The notes under the pieces are model-generated. The model did no database searches and was not told the origin of the DNA. It saw only the letters and a program-made list of their open reading frames with translations. Below are positions 1-11,108 of a stretch of 41,792 nucleotides of DNA, piece after piece; the first letter of the stretch is position 1; the number at the start of each line of letters is the position of its first letter. The DNA is from Bryobacteraceae bacterium (GTDB taxonomy: Bacteria; Acidobacteriota; Terriglobia; Bryobacterales; Bryobacteraceae), in contig DATIRX010000218.1 of NCBI GenBank assembly GCA_035469225.1, forward strand, positions 1 through 41,792, in the 5' to 3' direction. A program made the translations under genes and the position numbers.

Positions 1-918
1 AGTCTTCCGGAGGCTCAGATGCTGTACGGCATCACGTCTTTGAGTGATGGGAGCGTTCTAACCGCGGGTGGCTTTGACGTGTATTGGCTCGATAGCAACT
101 ACTACGCCTCGCCGGCACTCTACGATCCGTCGTCAGAGAGCTTCAAATCTGTGCCTGTCCCCGTGACTTATACCGCAACGCAACTCCAAGACGGACGAGT
201 GTTAGTTTCGGGCGGGCAAAGCCCGACTGCGTTTCTTTATAGCCCTGCGCCGCGGGTGATCTCTTCGGCCAGCTTCGCGAGCAGGGTAGCGCCGGGATCG
301 TTGGCAACTCTGTTCGGCGTGGGTTTGTCCACGGAAACGGCAGCCGCCGGCCACGGCGCCTTGCCGGTCAACCTAGGCGGCTCCAGCCTCGCGATCGTCG
401 ACTCAGCCGGCACAACCCGGCTGGCGGACTTGCTCTATGTTTCGCCGGTGCAAATCAACTTTGTCGTGCCCTCGGACTTCCAACCGGGCAAACTAAGTTT
501 GACTGTGCAGCGAGGCGACGGCGTTCAGATCCGCGCCAACGCGGACGCGAATATCCTCGCGCCGGCTCTCTTCGCGTTTGAAGACAACACGGCCGCGGCA
601 TACGCCCTGCGTCTCGAACCCAATGGGCAACAAACCGTTCTGTCGGTCCGCGGCACGATCCTGCTCGACGACCGCCCGGTCTATTTGATCGCTTACGCCA
701 CAGGTATCCGCAACCGCTCGTCACTGGCGAACGCCCGCGCCACCATCGGCGGCATCAGCGTTCCAGTGGAGTACGCCGGACACGAAGGCAGCGGCTTGCC
801 CGGTCTCGACCAGGTGAATATCCGCCTGACGCCCGCCCTCAAGGGACTCGGTGTTGCGAACCTCGCGCTGACTGTCGACGGTAATCCTTCCAATACCGTC
901 TCCGTGGACATCCGCTAA
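1..918 (+). CDS. Partial (5' end cut by window edge) exported repeat protein: Kelch/beta-propeller-like repeats plus a TIGR03437-type 'Solibacter C-terminal' domain
   Basis: The reading frame is open to nt 1. C-terminal motifs VAPGSLATLFG, LLYVSPVQINFVVP, APALFAF, VEYAGHEGSGLPGLDQVNIRL and GNPSNTVSVDI fit the TIGR03437 family pattern. Confidence 0.7.
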   Translation, partial: SLPEAQMLYGITSLSDGSVLTAGGFDVYWLDSNYYASPALYDPSSESFKSVPVPVTYTATQLQDGRVLVSGGQSPTAFLYSPAPRVISSASFASRVAPGSLATLFGVGLSTETAAAGHGALPVNLGGSSLAIVDSAGTTRLADLLYVSPVQINFVVPSDFQPGKLSLTVQRGDGVQIRANADANILAPALFAFEDNTAAAYALRLEPNGQQTVLSVRGTILLDDRPVYLIAYATGIRNRSSLANARATIGGISVPVEYAGHEGSGLPGLDQVNIRLTPALKGLGVANLALTVDGNPSNTVSVDIR

Positions 919-1775
919 TACAGGATCGACGCCAGATACGCACCCGCCGGCTCGTTGTACAACCCCACCGTCATCAGGGTCATCGGCTCCACGACACGCA
1001 GCCCGTTTTCCAGGCACCATCGGAACAGCTCCGCGTTGCGCGTCGGCACCAGGATCCCCGACCCGCCGAATCCGTCTGCGGCCGCAATCAGCGCCTGCAA
1101 ATCCAGATTGCTCTCGGCCACCGCATGCCCGAAGAACGCCAGGCTGCTGCAATAGGCCGTAATTCTTCCGTGCCGTTCGACCACGGCCGCAGTCCCCTGC
1201 GCGATCGAATCCGCCAGGTCACCGCCGCGATCGTGCCCATGCACCTTCACCGACACCCGATTACACGCTTCCAGATCCGCTGCCGACGCCGGCCGAACCC
1301 TGCATCCCTCTATCGTTCTCTTGATGGCCGGACCCTGCATCACCGAAAGCGGCTCGCGCGCGTCGAACCCCAGCGTCGCGTATAGCGACAAAGACCGCGT
1401 GTGAAACGCCGCCTGCACCAGCCGCACGCCCGGAAAATTGCGCTCGCGAGCCCGATCCATCACCGCCTGCATCAGCTTCCTTCCGATGCCCCGATTCTGC
1501 GCCTCCGGATCGATGGTGATCGGCCCAATCCCCGCAATGGGCGAACGCTCGTCCATGCAGTTGCTCCCGACGATGCGTCCGCCTTCCTGCGCCACGACGC
1601 AGTAGAAACCGGGATGCCCGAACATCATGGTCATGATGCCGGCCACCGCCTCAGGCGACGCCATATCCGGCGGAAATCCGTGGGCGGTGTTTATCTTGTA
1701 AAACGCGTCGTAGCAAATCTTGGCGGAAGCGGGCGCGTCTTCCAGCGTCGCGCGTCGAATCGTGAGAGTGGACAT
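915..1775 (-). CDS. GNAT family N-acetyltransferase (two-lobed, 286 aa)
   Basis: Acetyl-CoA binding motif QNRGIGRKLM, with typical GNAT beta-alpha topology in the N-terminal half. The stop codon shares bases with the stop of the convergent gene. Confidence 0.85.
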   Translation of the reverse strand: MSTLTIRRATLEDAPASAKICYDAFYKINTAHGFPPDMASPEAVAGIMTMMFGHPGFYCVVAQEGGRIVGSNCMDERSPIAGIGPITIDPEAQNRGIGRKLMQAVMDRARERNFPGVRLVQAAFHTRSLSLYATLGFDAREPLSVMQGPAIKRTIEGCRVRPASAADLEACNRVSVKVHGHDRGGDLADSIAQGTAAVVERHGRITAYCSSLAFFGHAVAESNLDLQALIAAADGFGGSGILVPTRNAELFRWCLENGLRVVEPMTLMTVGLYNEPAGAYLASILY

Positions 1776-1790
1776 TCCTATATTTTAATT

Positions 1791-2450
1791 TTACGGCAGC
1801 CGGCTCACTCCATCCACCATCCAGCCGCCGCCGGCCTGCCGCGCCACATCGAACTTGTAGGACGCAGTGCCGCCCGACGGGAGCCCCACCCGCAGGGTCT
1901 GCTCGGCATGGTCGCCGCGGATGACCAGATCGGTCCATTCGTACGGACGATCCTGCAGCATCGGCGCAAAATCGGCCGACTTGACCACCGATAGGAACCG
2001 CCCATAAGACCCCGTGGATTTATGATTGGCGGGCGAGGCGAACTGAAACGCGGTGAAAATCCCGTGGTTCGGCAGGGGCGAATGGTTGTCCCGCAAGGCC
2101 GCCGCCACCGTCCGGATCGCCTCGCCTGGCTCCGCTGCGCGTCTGGCCTGCTGCTCCGGCCCGATTAAGACCGTGAGCACCACGAATAGATTCCAGACCA
2201 CCAATCCGGCATACCAATAGTTGATGAAGCGGATCATCCGCATGCGCTTGAGCGCGAAGCACGCCGCGATCAGCCCCAGCGCGACCGCTTTTGAGAGCGC
2301 CAGCCCCGCCACGGGCCCCCAGCGGATCAGCAAACGGATGAAAGGACTGGCCTCCGTGTTGCCCAGGCTGAATCCGATCAGCGTCGAAAGAACGTCCAAG
2401 AGCTGCAAATACAGGAAGATGATCACCCACCTGCGTTCATCCACACTCAT
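1791..2450 (-). CDS. Membrane protein: DUF5658-like N-terminal TM region fused to a DUF4864-like soluble domain
   Basis: N-terminus DVLSTLIGFSLGNTEASPFIRLL plus 3-4 TM helices. C-terminus FQFASPANHKSTGSYGRFLSVV...YKFDVARQAGGGWMVDGV. Confidence 0.6.
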   Translation of the reverse strand: MSVDERRWVIIFLYLQLLDVLSTLIGFSLGNTEASPFIRLLIRWGPVAGLALSKAVALGLIAACFALKRMRMIRFINYWYAGLVVWNLFVVLTVLIGPEQQARRAAEPGEAIRTVAAALRDNHSPLPNHGIFTAFQFASPANHKSTGSYGRFLSVVKSADFAPMLQDRPYEWTDLVIRGDHAEQTLRVGLPSGGTASYKFDVARQAGGGWMVDGVSRLP

Positions 2451-2522
2451 TGCGGCCAGCCTAGCACGACACGGGACGCGTTTTGTGTGTACAGTATCGG
2501 CAATCCCGAAAAGTGCCGCAAG

Positions 2523-2538
2523 CGGGGCTTCCGCCCCG
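2523..2538 (-). terminator. GC hairpin downstream of the sugar dehydrogenase gene (CGGGGC-GGAA-GCCCCG on the minus strand)
   Basis: Perfect 6-bp stem with a GNRA-type loop, 18 nt after the stop codon. A short CUUUUC run follows after 9 nt, so there is no classical U-tract. Confidence 0.4.
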
Positions 2539-2556
2539 ATCGGGTTTGGTACGCGG

Positions 2557-3855
2557 TTATTTGCCGGTGTAGCTGACCCGCCAGATCACTTTCGCGCCGT
2601 CATCGGTGACCAGCATCGAACCGTCCGGCGCTACAGCGATACCTACCGGACGGCCCCACAGCACCCCGTTGGTCGCGAAGCCGGTGAGGAAATCCTCATA
2701 CACTCCGCTGGCCCGTCCCCTTTCGAGCGGAATGCGGATGACTTCGTGGCCCGAGCCCGCGGCGTGATTCCAGGAACCATGCTCGGCCGCAAAGGCATCA
2801 CCGGAATACGCCGCGGGGAACTGTTTCCCGTCGTAGAAAGCCATCCCCAGCGAGGCGCTGTGCGGCTGGACCAGCACGTCCGGAACAGTCACTTTCCCTC
2901 TCAGCTCGGGATGCTTGCCCTCATGCTTGGGATCGTAATTCCCGCCGATGTAAAACCAGGGCCAGCCGTAGAAACCGCCCCGCTCCACATGGGTCACGTA
3001 ATCGGGAACCAGATTGTCGCCGTACGTATCCCGCTCATTGATAGACGTCCAGACTTCGCCGGTTTCAGGATGGATCGCCAGCCCGACGGGGTTACGAATG
3101 CCCGAGGCGTAGATGCCCACGAACTTGCCCTCGGGAGTGTATTCGAGAATGTTGGCGCGATGGAACTCCCGCTCGTTATCGTCGTTGTTTGACGCCGAGC
3201 CGACCGCCACGAACAAGCTCTTGCCATCCTTGGAGAAAACAATGTCGCGCGTGGAGTGGCCGCCCGCCGGAATATCCGAAATCAGCGTCTCAGCAGGACC
3301 CGTGGCTTTCAGGTCGCCATTCTTGTAAGGGAAGCGGACCAGCGTAGTGGTGTTGCTCACATACACCCACTGTGGCGTCGGGCCAGGCGGATAGAAGTTG
3401 ATCCCGAACGCATTCGGCAGGTTCGCGAACACAGACGTTTGTTGCGGTTTCCCGTCGGCGGTCACGCCGCGAAAGATCTTGACGGCGCCCGCGGCCCCGC
3501 CACTGGTTTCGGCAACGAAGATGTCGCCATTCGGGGCCCTGCGCATCTGGCGGGGATTCGTAAGTCCTTCGCCGACGTACATTCCAACCTTGAATCCCGC
3601 GGGCGCTTGCGGCATCGCATCCGCCGGACGAACCGCGCCGCGTCCGCCGGGAGTGTTCCCAGAAGGCGTGTCGCCGGGCTTCGGAAGATCCTTGGCAGTG
3701 ATTTTGCGGGCTACGCCGGGTTTCAGCGAAGCCGTGTTGCTGAAAGCCTGTTTCCCGGCGAGAATCGTCATGCCGTCCGTCTTGGCGGCATACAGCATCA
3801 GGCTGGCGGAGACGGCCAATAATCCAACCGGGAGGATCCATTGAAGTTTTTTCAT
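2557..3855 (-). CDS. PQQ-dependent sugar (glucose/sorbosone) dehydrogenase family, exported
   Basis: Signal peptide MKKLQWILPVGLLAVSASLMLYA. The six-bladed propeller family pattern is present (GLTNPRQMRRAPNGDIFVAE, GIRNPVGLAIHPETGEVWTSINERD, GGFYGWPW, GRPVGIAVAPDGSMLVTDD). Confidence 0.85.
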   Translation of the reverse strand: MKKLQWILPVGLLAVSASLMLYAAKTDGMTILAGKQAFSNTASLKPGVARKITAKDLPKPGDTPSGNTPGGRGAVRPADAMPQAPAGFKVGMYVGEGLTNPRQMRRAPNGDIFVAETSGGAAGAVKIFRGVTADGKPQQTSVFANLPNAFGINFYPPGPTPQWVYVSNTTTLVRFPYKNGDLKATGPAETLISDIPAGGHSTRDIVFSKDGKSLFVAVGSASNNDDNEREFHRANILEYTPEGKFVGIYASGIRNPVGLAIHPETGEVWTSINERDTYGDNLVPDYVTHVERGGFYGWPWFYIGGNYDPKHEGKHPELRGKVTVPDVLVQPHSASLGMAFYDGKQFPAAYSGDAFAAEHGSWNHAAGSGHEVIRIPLERGRASGVYEDFLTGFATNGVLWGRPVGIAVAPDGSMLVTDDGAKVIWRVSYTGK

Positions 3856-3881
3856 GGTCCCTTCAGGTTAACGCAGGGTAG

Positions 3882-4778
3882 CTAGCGTTTCCAGGCAGCT
3901 ACGTGCAGGCGGGGCGGAAGCTGCGCGCGGGCCAGGTCGAGGTCGTCCCCGGAGATCGGAATCGTCACCTCGATCGTTCCGGGAGGCGAGGGATAGTTCT
4001 GACTCATAGAAAGTTTCAGGGACCGCGGCGGCTCGCTGGCTTTTCCACGGCCGCTGGTGGCTCCCTCGACCAGTTTCAGCGTCCAGGTGGAGCCGAAGTA
4101 GCTTCTTAGCAGCTGGGCCTGCTTGGGATCGTCCGCGGTAAGCAGCGCTTCCCGAATCACGCGGTCCGCGGACGCGTACGTAATGACCCCCACCACGTGA
4201 GGCTCTTTGAGACGGGCATCCTTGGCGTCGTCCGGCGGGACTTCCAGTCCGGCGTAACGGCTGGTCGCAACGTCCCGCGAGATGGAGAAACTGAGCACCG
4301 GGACATAGGTATCGAACAAATGCTGCCCGCTGCCCAATTTGTGAACCGACCACCACTGCACTTCTTCCAGTCGGCGGTCCGTTACGAAGAGGTCGGGATA
4401 GACCGTGTGCCCGTTGGTCCCGGTCTGAGTGAGCGTATAGATGGGCTTCTGCTGGAGGTCGACGCCAAAAGGCCAGGCTTCCAGCGTCACCGTGGACTCG
4501 ACGCCAAGATCGCCCACCACTCCCCTGGAGTGGATGGTTTTCCGAAGTACCAGCCGCTCACTGGATGGCCGGCCGTGAATTCCGGTACCGGTAATCTCAT
4601 AACTGACGTTATGGATTTCGACAGTCTGGGAACCGTTCGCCGCGGTTGTCGTGTGGATGCTGGAAGAGGACTGCGCTTGCAGCGTCTTCGCCGGTGCCGG
4701 TTGGGCGGGGCCCTTCACCTGCCCGGCAGTGGCGCCCGCGATGGCGCAGATTACCGGAAGGAAAAACCACAGGCGCAT
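3882..4778 (-). CDS. Hypothetical exported protein, no domain recognised
   Basis: Signal peptide MRLWFFLPVICAIAGATAG. Coding-like composition. Lies 26 nt upstream of the dehydrogenase gene on the same strand. Confidence 0.6.
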   Translation of the reverse strand: MRLWFFLPVICAIAGATAGQVKGPAQPAPAKTLQAQSSSSIHTTTAANGSQTVEIHNVSYEITGTGIHGRPSSERLVLRKTIHSRGVVGDLGVESTVTLEAWPFGVDLQQKPIYTLTQTGTNGHTVYPDLFVTDRRLEEVQWWSVHKLGSGQHLFDTYVPVLSFSISRDVATSRYAGLEVPPDDAKDARLKEPHVVGVITYASADRVIREALLTADDPKQAQLLRSYFGSTWTLKLVEGATSGRGKASEPPRSLKLSMSQNYPSPPGTIEVTIPISGDDLDLARAQLPPRLHVAAWKR

Positions 4779-4862
4779 CTAGTCGTAGTATGTCAGAAGC
4801 AGCGGGCGGAGATTTGCATGGAGCAGAGGGATACGGAATCGCATATTTCTGGATAATTTTCC

Positions 4863-4890
4863 TTGACTGTTACAGGGGGAATGGTAGGAT
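4863..4890 (+). promoter_or_regulatory. Sigma70-like promoter TTGACT-16-TGgTAGGAT with an A/T-rich upstream flank
   Basis: TTGACT at 4863-4868, a 16-nt spacer, an extended -10 TGn at 4882-4884, and TAGGAT at 4885-4890. Preceded by atatttctggataatttt. Confidence 0.45.
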
Positions 4891-5007
4891 GTCAAGAACG
4901 TGCGGCGGGCTTCTTCCTCCGAGGGCCTGACCGCTAGTCGCCGGGGATGATCGGTCGGGCTGGCTGACCGCTGGAGCGGCCGATCCCCTGGGGCAAGAGA
5001 GTATCCC

Positions 5008-5185
5008 ATGTGGATGTGGATGAGCCTTTTGAGCGCGGTGGGTGCAGCGCTGGTGCTGCTGGCGTTGGTCGTCCGCAGCACGCGCAGGGCTGCGAGCAGG
5101 CGCAGGGGCCTAAAGCGAGCCACGCTGATGCGGCTCAGGCTTCAGGATCAGCCGAGCGAACCGCGCCGTATGTATCGCGAGGTTC

Positions 5186-5202
<17 letters not shown>
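5008..5202 (+). CDS. Possible small single-TM protein (64 aa)
   Basis: This is the only ORF downstream of the 4863 promoter. It has a hydrophobic N-terminus (SLLSAVGAALVLLALVV) followed by a basic tail. Its 3' end overlaps the convergent kinase gene by 17 nt. Support is weak. Confidence 0.25.
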
Positions 5203-7774
<2,572 letters not shown>

Positions 7775-7779
7775 CGGAT

Positions 7780-9132
7780 CTAAGGACGCAGCCGATCGAA
7801 GTAATCCAGGAGCGCATCGCGGCCGGCGTCGTCGATGCGGGCGCCCCAGCCGGTCATTTTATTGATCTCGGCGGTCCACTGCGCGCGCGTGAGGCGCTGC
7901 TGCCGGATGACGTCGTCGTTATGACAGAGCAGGCAATTGTTAAATGCAGCGGGCGGCCGTTGGGAAGCGTAGGCTTGCTCAGGAATCGCCGGCTTTGGAA
8001 CTGCGCTTCCCACGTTCACGTGCACGCGCTGAACCGCGTTCCAGAGATATCCGGACTGGTTCCATTCCTGATCCAGCGGCTGGGTGTTCCCCGCTGCATC
8101 GCGCGCCCGAGCCAGAATCGTAAAGTACGAAGCTTGCTGCGGAGTCCAGGCGAATTCCCACTGTCGCCAGCCGAAGCGTGTCCGCTGGCTGGCAATTAGA
8201 GACGCCGGCTTCCACACACGTCCGCCATCGATGCTGACGTCGACGGCAGCAACCGGATCGGCTCCCCAAGCCATCCCGCGAATCATCGTGGGGCTGCCGG
8301 GATCGAGCTGCGCGCCATCCAGCGGAGACGCGATGACGCTCTTGACCCGCAGGTTGGTGACCGGCCGCATGCGATCCAGAGGCACGGCGACGCCCGGAGC
8401 GACGGGCCGGCCGGGGTGGCGGTATGCGCTCTTCATCCAGAAGCCGTCGTGTTCCTGGTCGAGAACGCGGATGGACGTCAGCCACTTGGTCCAGGAATCG
8501 CCGGCCCAGCCGGGCGCCACGACGCGCAAGGGGAATCCATGTTTTACCGGCAGCGCCTCGCCGTTCATGTCGTATGCCAGAAGCGTGTTAGGGTCGAGTG
8601 CTTTTTCGAGCGGAAGCGAACGCTGGAAGTCCGGCATGCTGCCCAGGGGCACATCGGCGCCGTCCAAAAGGATTTCGCGGGCGGAAGCTTTCAGGCCGGC
8701 GCGTTTGAGCACGTCGGCCAGACGAACTCCGCGCCAGCGCGCATTCCCCACGGCTCCGTGGCCCCATTGCAGGCCGGGGACAGGAGGCTCAAAGAAAGCC
8801 CGCCCGTTTCCGGCGCATTCGAGCACGCTGACGAGTTCCGCCGCGGGCAGCCGTTTCAGATCATCCAGGGTCAGAGCCAGAGGCGACGCGACGGAGCCGC
8901 CTACGTTCAGACGCCATTCGCTGAGGTTGACCGTGGGAACGTAGACGTGCGCGCGAACGAAAAAATGTTCGGCTGGAGTGAGGTAGTCCGAAAAGCCGGA
9001 CAGCGGCATTTCGAGATCCTCCGGGCGGACCGAGCGACTGAGCATGTCGCGCTTGGGACGATCTTCCCCTCGAAGCACGGCAGCAGCGGCGGCGAGGAAC
9101 AGGAAGTCACGGCGGCGGAGGCGCACGCACAT
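7780..9132 (-). CDS. Tat-exported sulfite-oxidase-family molybdopterin oxidoreductase with a C-terminal haem c domain
   Basis: The chosen ATG at 9132 gives MCVRLRRRDFLF, a twin-arginine signal. The Mo-ligand Cys motif is LECAGNGR and the C-terminal haem motif is CLLCH. The 70 extra upstream codons in the ORF track overlap thrC and are rejected. Confidence 0.85.
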   Translation of the reverse strand: MCVRLRRRDFLFLAAAAAVLRGEDRPKRDMLSRSVRPEDLEMPLSGFSDYLTPAEHFFVRAHVYVPTVNLSEWRLNVGGSVASPLALTLDDLKRLPAAELVSVLECAGNGRAFFEPPVPGLQWGHGAVGNARWRGVRLADVLKRAGLKASAREILLDGADVPLGSMPDFQRSLPLEKALDPNTLLAYDMNGEALPVKHGFPLRVVAPGWAGDSWTKWLTSIRVLDQEHDGFWMKSAYRHPGRPVAPGVAVPLDRMRPVTNLRVKSVIASPLDGAQLDPGSPTMIRGMAWGADPVAAVDVSIDGGRVWKPASLIASQRTRFGWRQWEFAWTPQQASYFTILARARDAAGNTQPLDQEWNQSGYLWNAVQRVHVNVGSAVPKPAIPEQAYASQRPPAAFNNCLLCHNDDVIRQQRLTRAQWTAEINKMTGWGARIDDAGRDALLDYFDRLRP

Positions 9133-9142
9133 ATTGTAAACG

Positions 9143-10321
9143 TCAGGCCTGCGTGCGCGTTGCGTAAGCGTCGAGGTACTTGAGGCCCGAGCCCGTATTG
9201 TAGAGAACGATGCGGTCGGTGGGCGCGAGGAATCCATTCGCGAGAAGCTTGCGGGCAGCTGGGATGCAGGCCGCGCCTTCAGGAGCCGCGAACACCCCTT
9301 CGCGCGATGCGAGCTCGCGGCCGCCCGCCAGAATGTCTTCATCGCTGACGGCGATCGCCGTGCCCGCGCTCGCGCGGAGGATGTTCAGAATGAGCACGTC
9401 GCCCAGCGGCTTGGGAACGCGCAAACCCGCGGCCGCGGTGGAGGCGTTCTGCCAGAATTCGGAATGGGACGCGTTCTGCTCGAAGGCGCGGACGATGGGC
9501 TGGCAGCCTTCCGCCTGAACCGCGATCATCTTCGGGCGCTCACCGCCGATCCAGCCCAGCTGTTCGAGCTCGTCGAAGGCTTTCCACATGCCAATCAGTC
9601 CGACACCTCCTCCGGTGGGATAAAAGATGGCATCGGGCAGCTCCCAGTGGAACTGTTCGGCGACTTCATAACCCATGGTCTTTTTGCCTTCGACCCGATA
9701 GGGCTCCTTGAGCGTGCTCATATCGAACCAGCCTTCGCTTTCCTTACGCTCGCCGACGATGCGGGCGCAATCGCTGATGAGACCGTCCACCAGGGTCACG
9801 TGCGCGCCCAGCGTCTGGCATTCGATGTAATTGGCCTGGGGAACATCTTTCGGCATGAAAATGTGGGCTTCGATTCCACCGGCCGCGGCATAGGCGGCTG
9901 CGGCGCTGGCGGCGTTGCCGGCTGAGGGAATGGCGATCTTGCGGATACCCAGCTCTCGCGCCATGGTGATCGCCGTGGTCATGCCCCGGGCTTTGAAAGA
10001 TGCGGTGGGATTGAGGCCCTCGTCCTTCACCCACAACTGTTGCGCGCCTATCCCAGATCCCAAACGATGTGCCCGGATCAGCGGCGTCATGCCTTCCCCG
10101 AGAGAAACAATCGAGGCCGCGTGTTGCACCGGAAGAACGGGCAGATAGCGCCACAGATCCGTGCGCGCGGATCGCACCATCTCGCGGGTCCACGTGGCTT
10201 TCACCGCGGGAAGATCGTAGCGGACGTACAGCGTCCCGCCGCAGGCGCACAAGTTGTGCACCTGGTTGGCCGCCCAGCGGCGGGCGCACAGGCTGCATTC
10301 CAGATGAGTGACGTTAGGCAT
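9143..10321 (-). CDS. thrC: Threonine synthase (short form with N-terminal zinc ribbon)
   Basis: CSLCARRW...CACGG Cys4 ribbon, PLP-lysine motif SFKARGM, and SAGNAASAAAAYAA, as expected for the PLP fold type II family. Confidence 0.85.
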   Translation of the reverse strand: MPNVTHLECSLCARRWAANQVHNLCACGGTLYVRYDLPAVKATWTREMVRSARTDLWRYLPVLPVQHAASIVSLGEGMTPLIRAHRLGSGIGAQQLWVKDEGLNPTASFKARGMTTAITMARELGIRKIAIPSAGNAASAAAAYAAAGGIEAHIFMPKDVPQANYIECQTLGAHVTLVDGLISDCARIVGERKESEGWFDMSTLKEPYRVEGKKTMGYEVAEQFHWELPDAIFYPTGGGVGLIGMWKAFDELEQLGWIGGERPKMIAVQAEGCQPIVRAFEQNASHSEFWQNASTAAAGLRVPKPLGDVLILNILRASAGTAIAVSDEDILAGGRELASREGVFAAPEGAACIPAARKLLANGFLAPTDRIVLYNTGSGLKYLDAYATRTQA

Positions 10322-10467
10322 ACCTCACGAGAGTATCCTGACGAAGGCTTGCCTGGCTGCATCCTCGCATCTCAGGGGCTTAGTCCTCCGACACTGCGCC
10401 GATGATTTTGAAATAAGAAGCCGTGCTCTTCAGGCGGGCACGCTCTGCGTTGTAGATTTAGGGAAGG

Positions 10468-11040
10468 TCAGCCAAGAAGGGCCGCCAGCACATCCGCCGT
10501 CCGGATCACCCTGCAGTATTCGCCGTCCAAATTCGCCAGGCTCATGGCGTGGACTTCCTCCGCCGTGCGGAGACGGCCGGACCAATCTTTTCGCGCGAAA
10601 GTAAAGCAGGCGTCTTCGACCAGAAACGTATCGAACCCCAGATTTCCCGCCATGCGGACCGTGGCTTCCACGGAATTGTTGGTAATCACTCCGGTGATCA
10701 CCAGCACAGTCTGCCGTGCCGCACGCAGCCGGGCTTCGAAATCCGTACCAATGAACGCGCTGTTGACGTGCTTTGCCACCACAGTCTCCCCGGGAAGGGG
10801 TTGCGCTTCCGGCTTGAATTCGTTTCCGGGCTGGCCTGGACGATAGGTGGATGCGGGCTCGGTGGAATCGTGACGAACGTGATAGATCGGCCGATGCGAC
10901 GTTCGCCAGGCATGCAGGAGCGTGGCGACGTTCTTTTCGGCCGCTGGGTTGTTTCGCTGGCCCCAGCCGGGGTGATCGATGGCCCTTTGGAGGTCAATCA
11001 CGATCAGCGCCGCGGCATCTGGAAACACGCGCGGAATCAT
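10468..11040 (-). CDS. Isochorismatase-family hydrolase
   Basis: ALIVIDLQ near the N-terminus, and VLVITGVITNNSVEATVRMA at the usual nucleophile motif. Ser sits where Cys is usual. Confidence 0.8.
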   Translation of the reverse strand: MIPRVFPDAAALIVIDLQRAIDHPGWGQRNNPAAEKNVATLLHAWRTSHRPIYHVRHDSTEPASTYRPGQPGNEFKPEAQPLPGETVVAKHVNSAFIGTDFEARLRAARQTVLVITGVITNNSVEATVRMAGNLGFDTFLVEDACFTFARKDWSGRLRTAEEVHAMSLANLDGEYCRVIRTADVLAALLG

Positions 11041-11108
11041 GCTTCGATTATCGGACGGCCCGGCGGCCTGCAGGCCCGCTCCACATCTGCCGATAGAAAG
11101 GTACCTCT

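Noticed and set aside
4927-4972. CTGACCGCT 9-mer (three copies: 4927, 4964, 30373) as part of a common regulon signal
   Set aside because: TGACCG-type strings are frequent in this GC-rich sequence, including inside CDS (for example at 7217, 15006, 16572, 17612). Three copies of a 9-mer are suggestive but may be chance. I mention them under the relevant finding but do not annotate them as a site.
9133-9342. N-terminal extensions of ORF-track ORFs. Examples: 7780-9342, 19593-20528, 21948-22889, 35410-36408, 36269-39592, 15547-16296, 17156-18130.
   Set aside because: In each case an internal ATG is followed immediately by a signal peptide or a family-typical N-terminus and removes the overlap with the neighbouring gene. 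The upstream codons look non-coding or overlap a better-supported gene.
10415-10450. Possible intrinsic terminator after the isochorismatase-family gene (CGUGC...GCACG followed by CUUCUUAUUUC on the minus strand)
   Set aside because: The stem is only 5 bp with an 11-nt loop, which is too weak to call.
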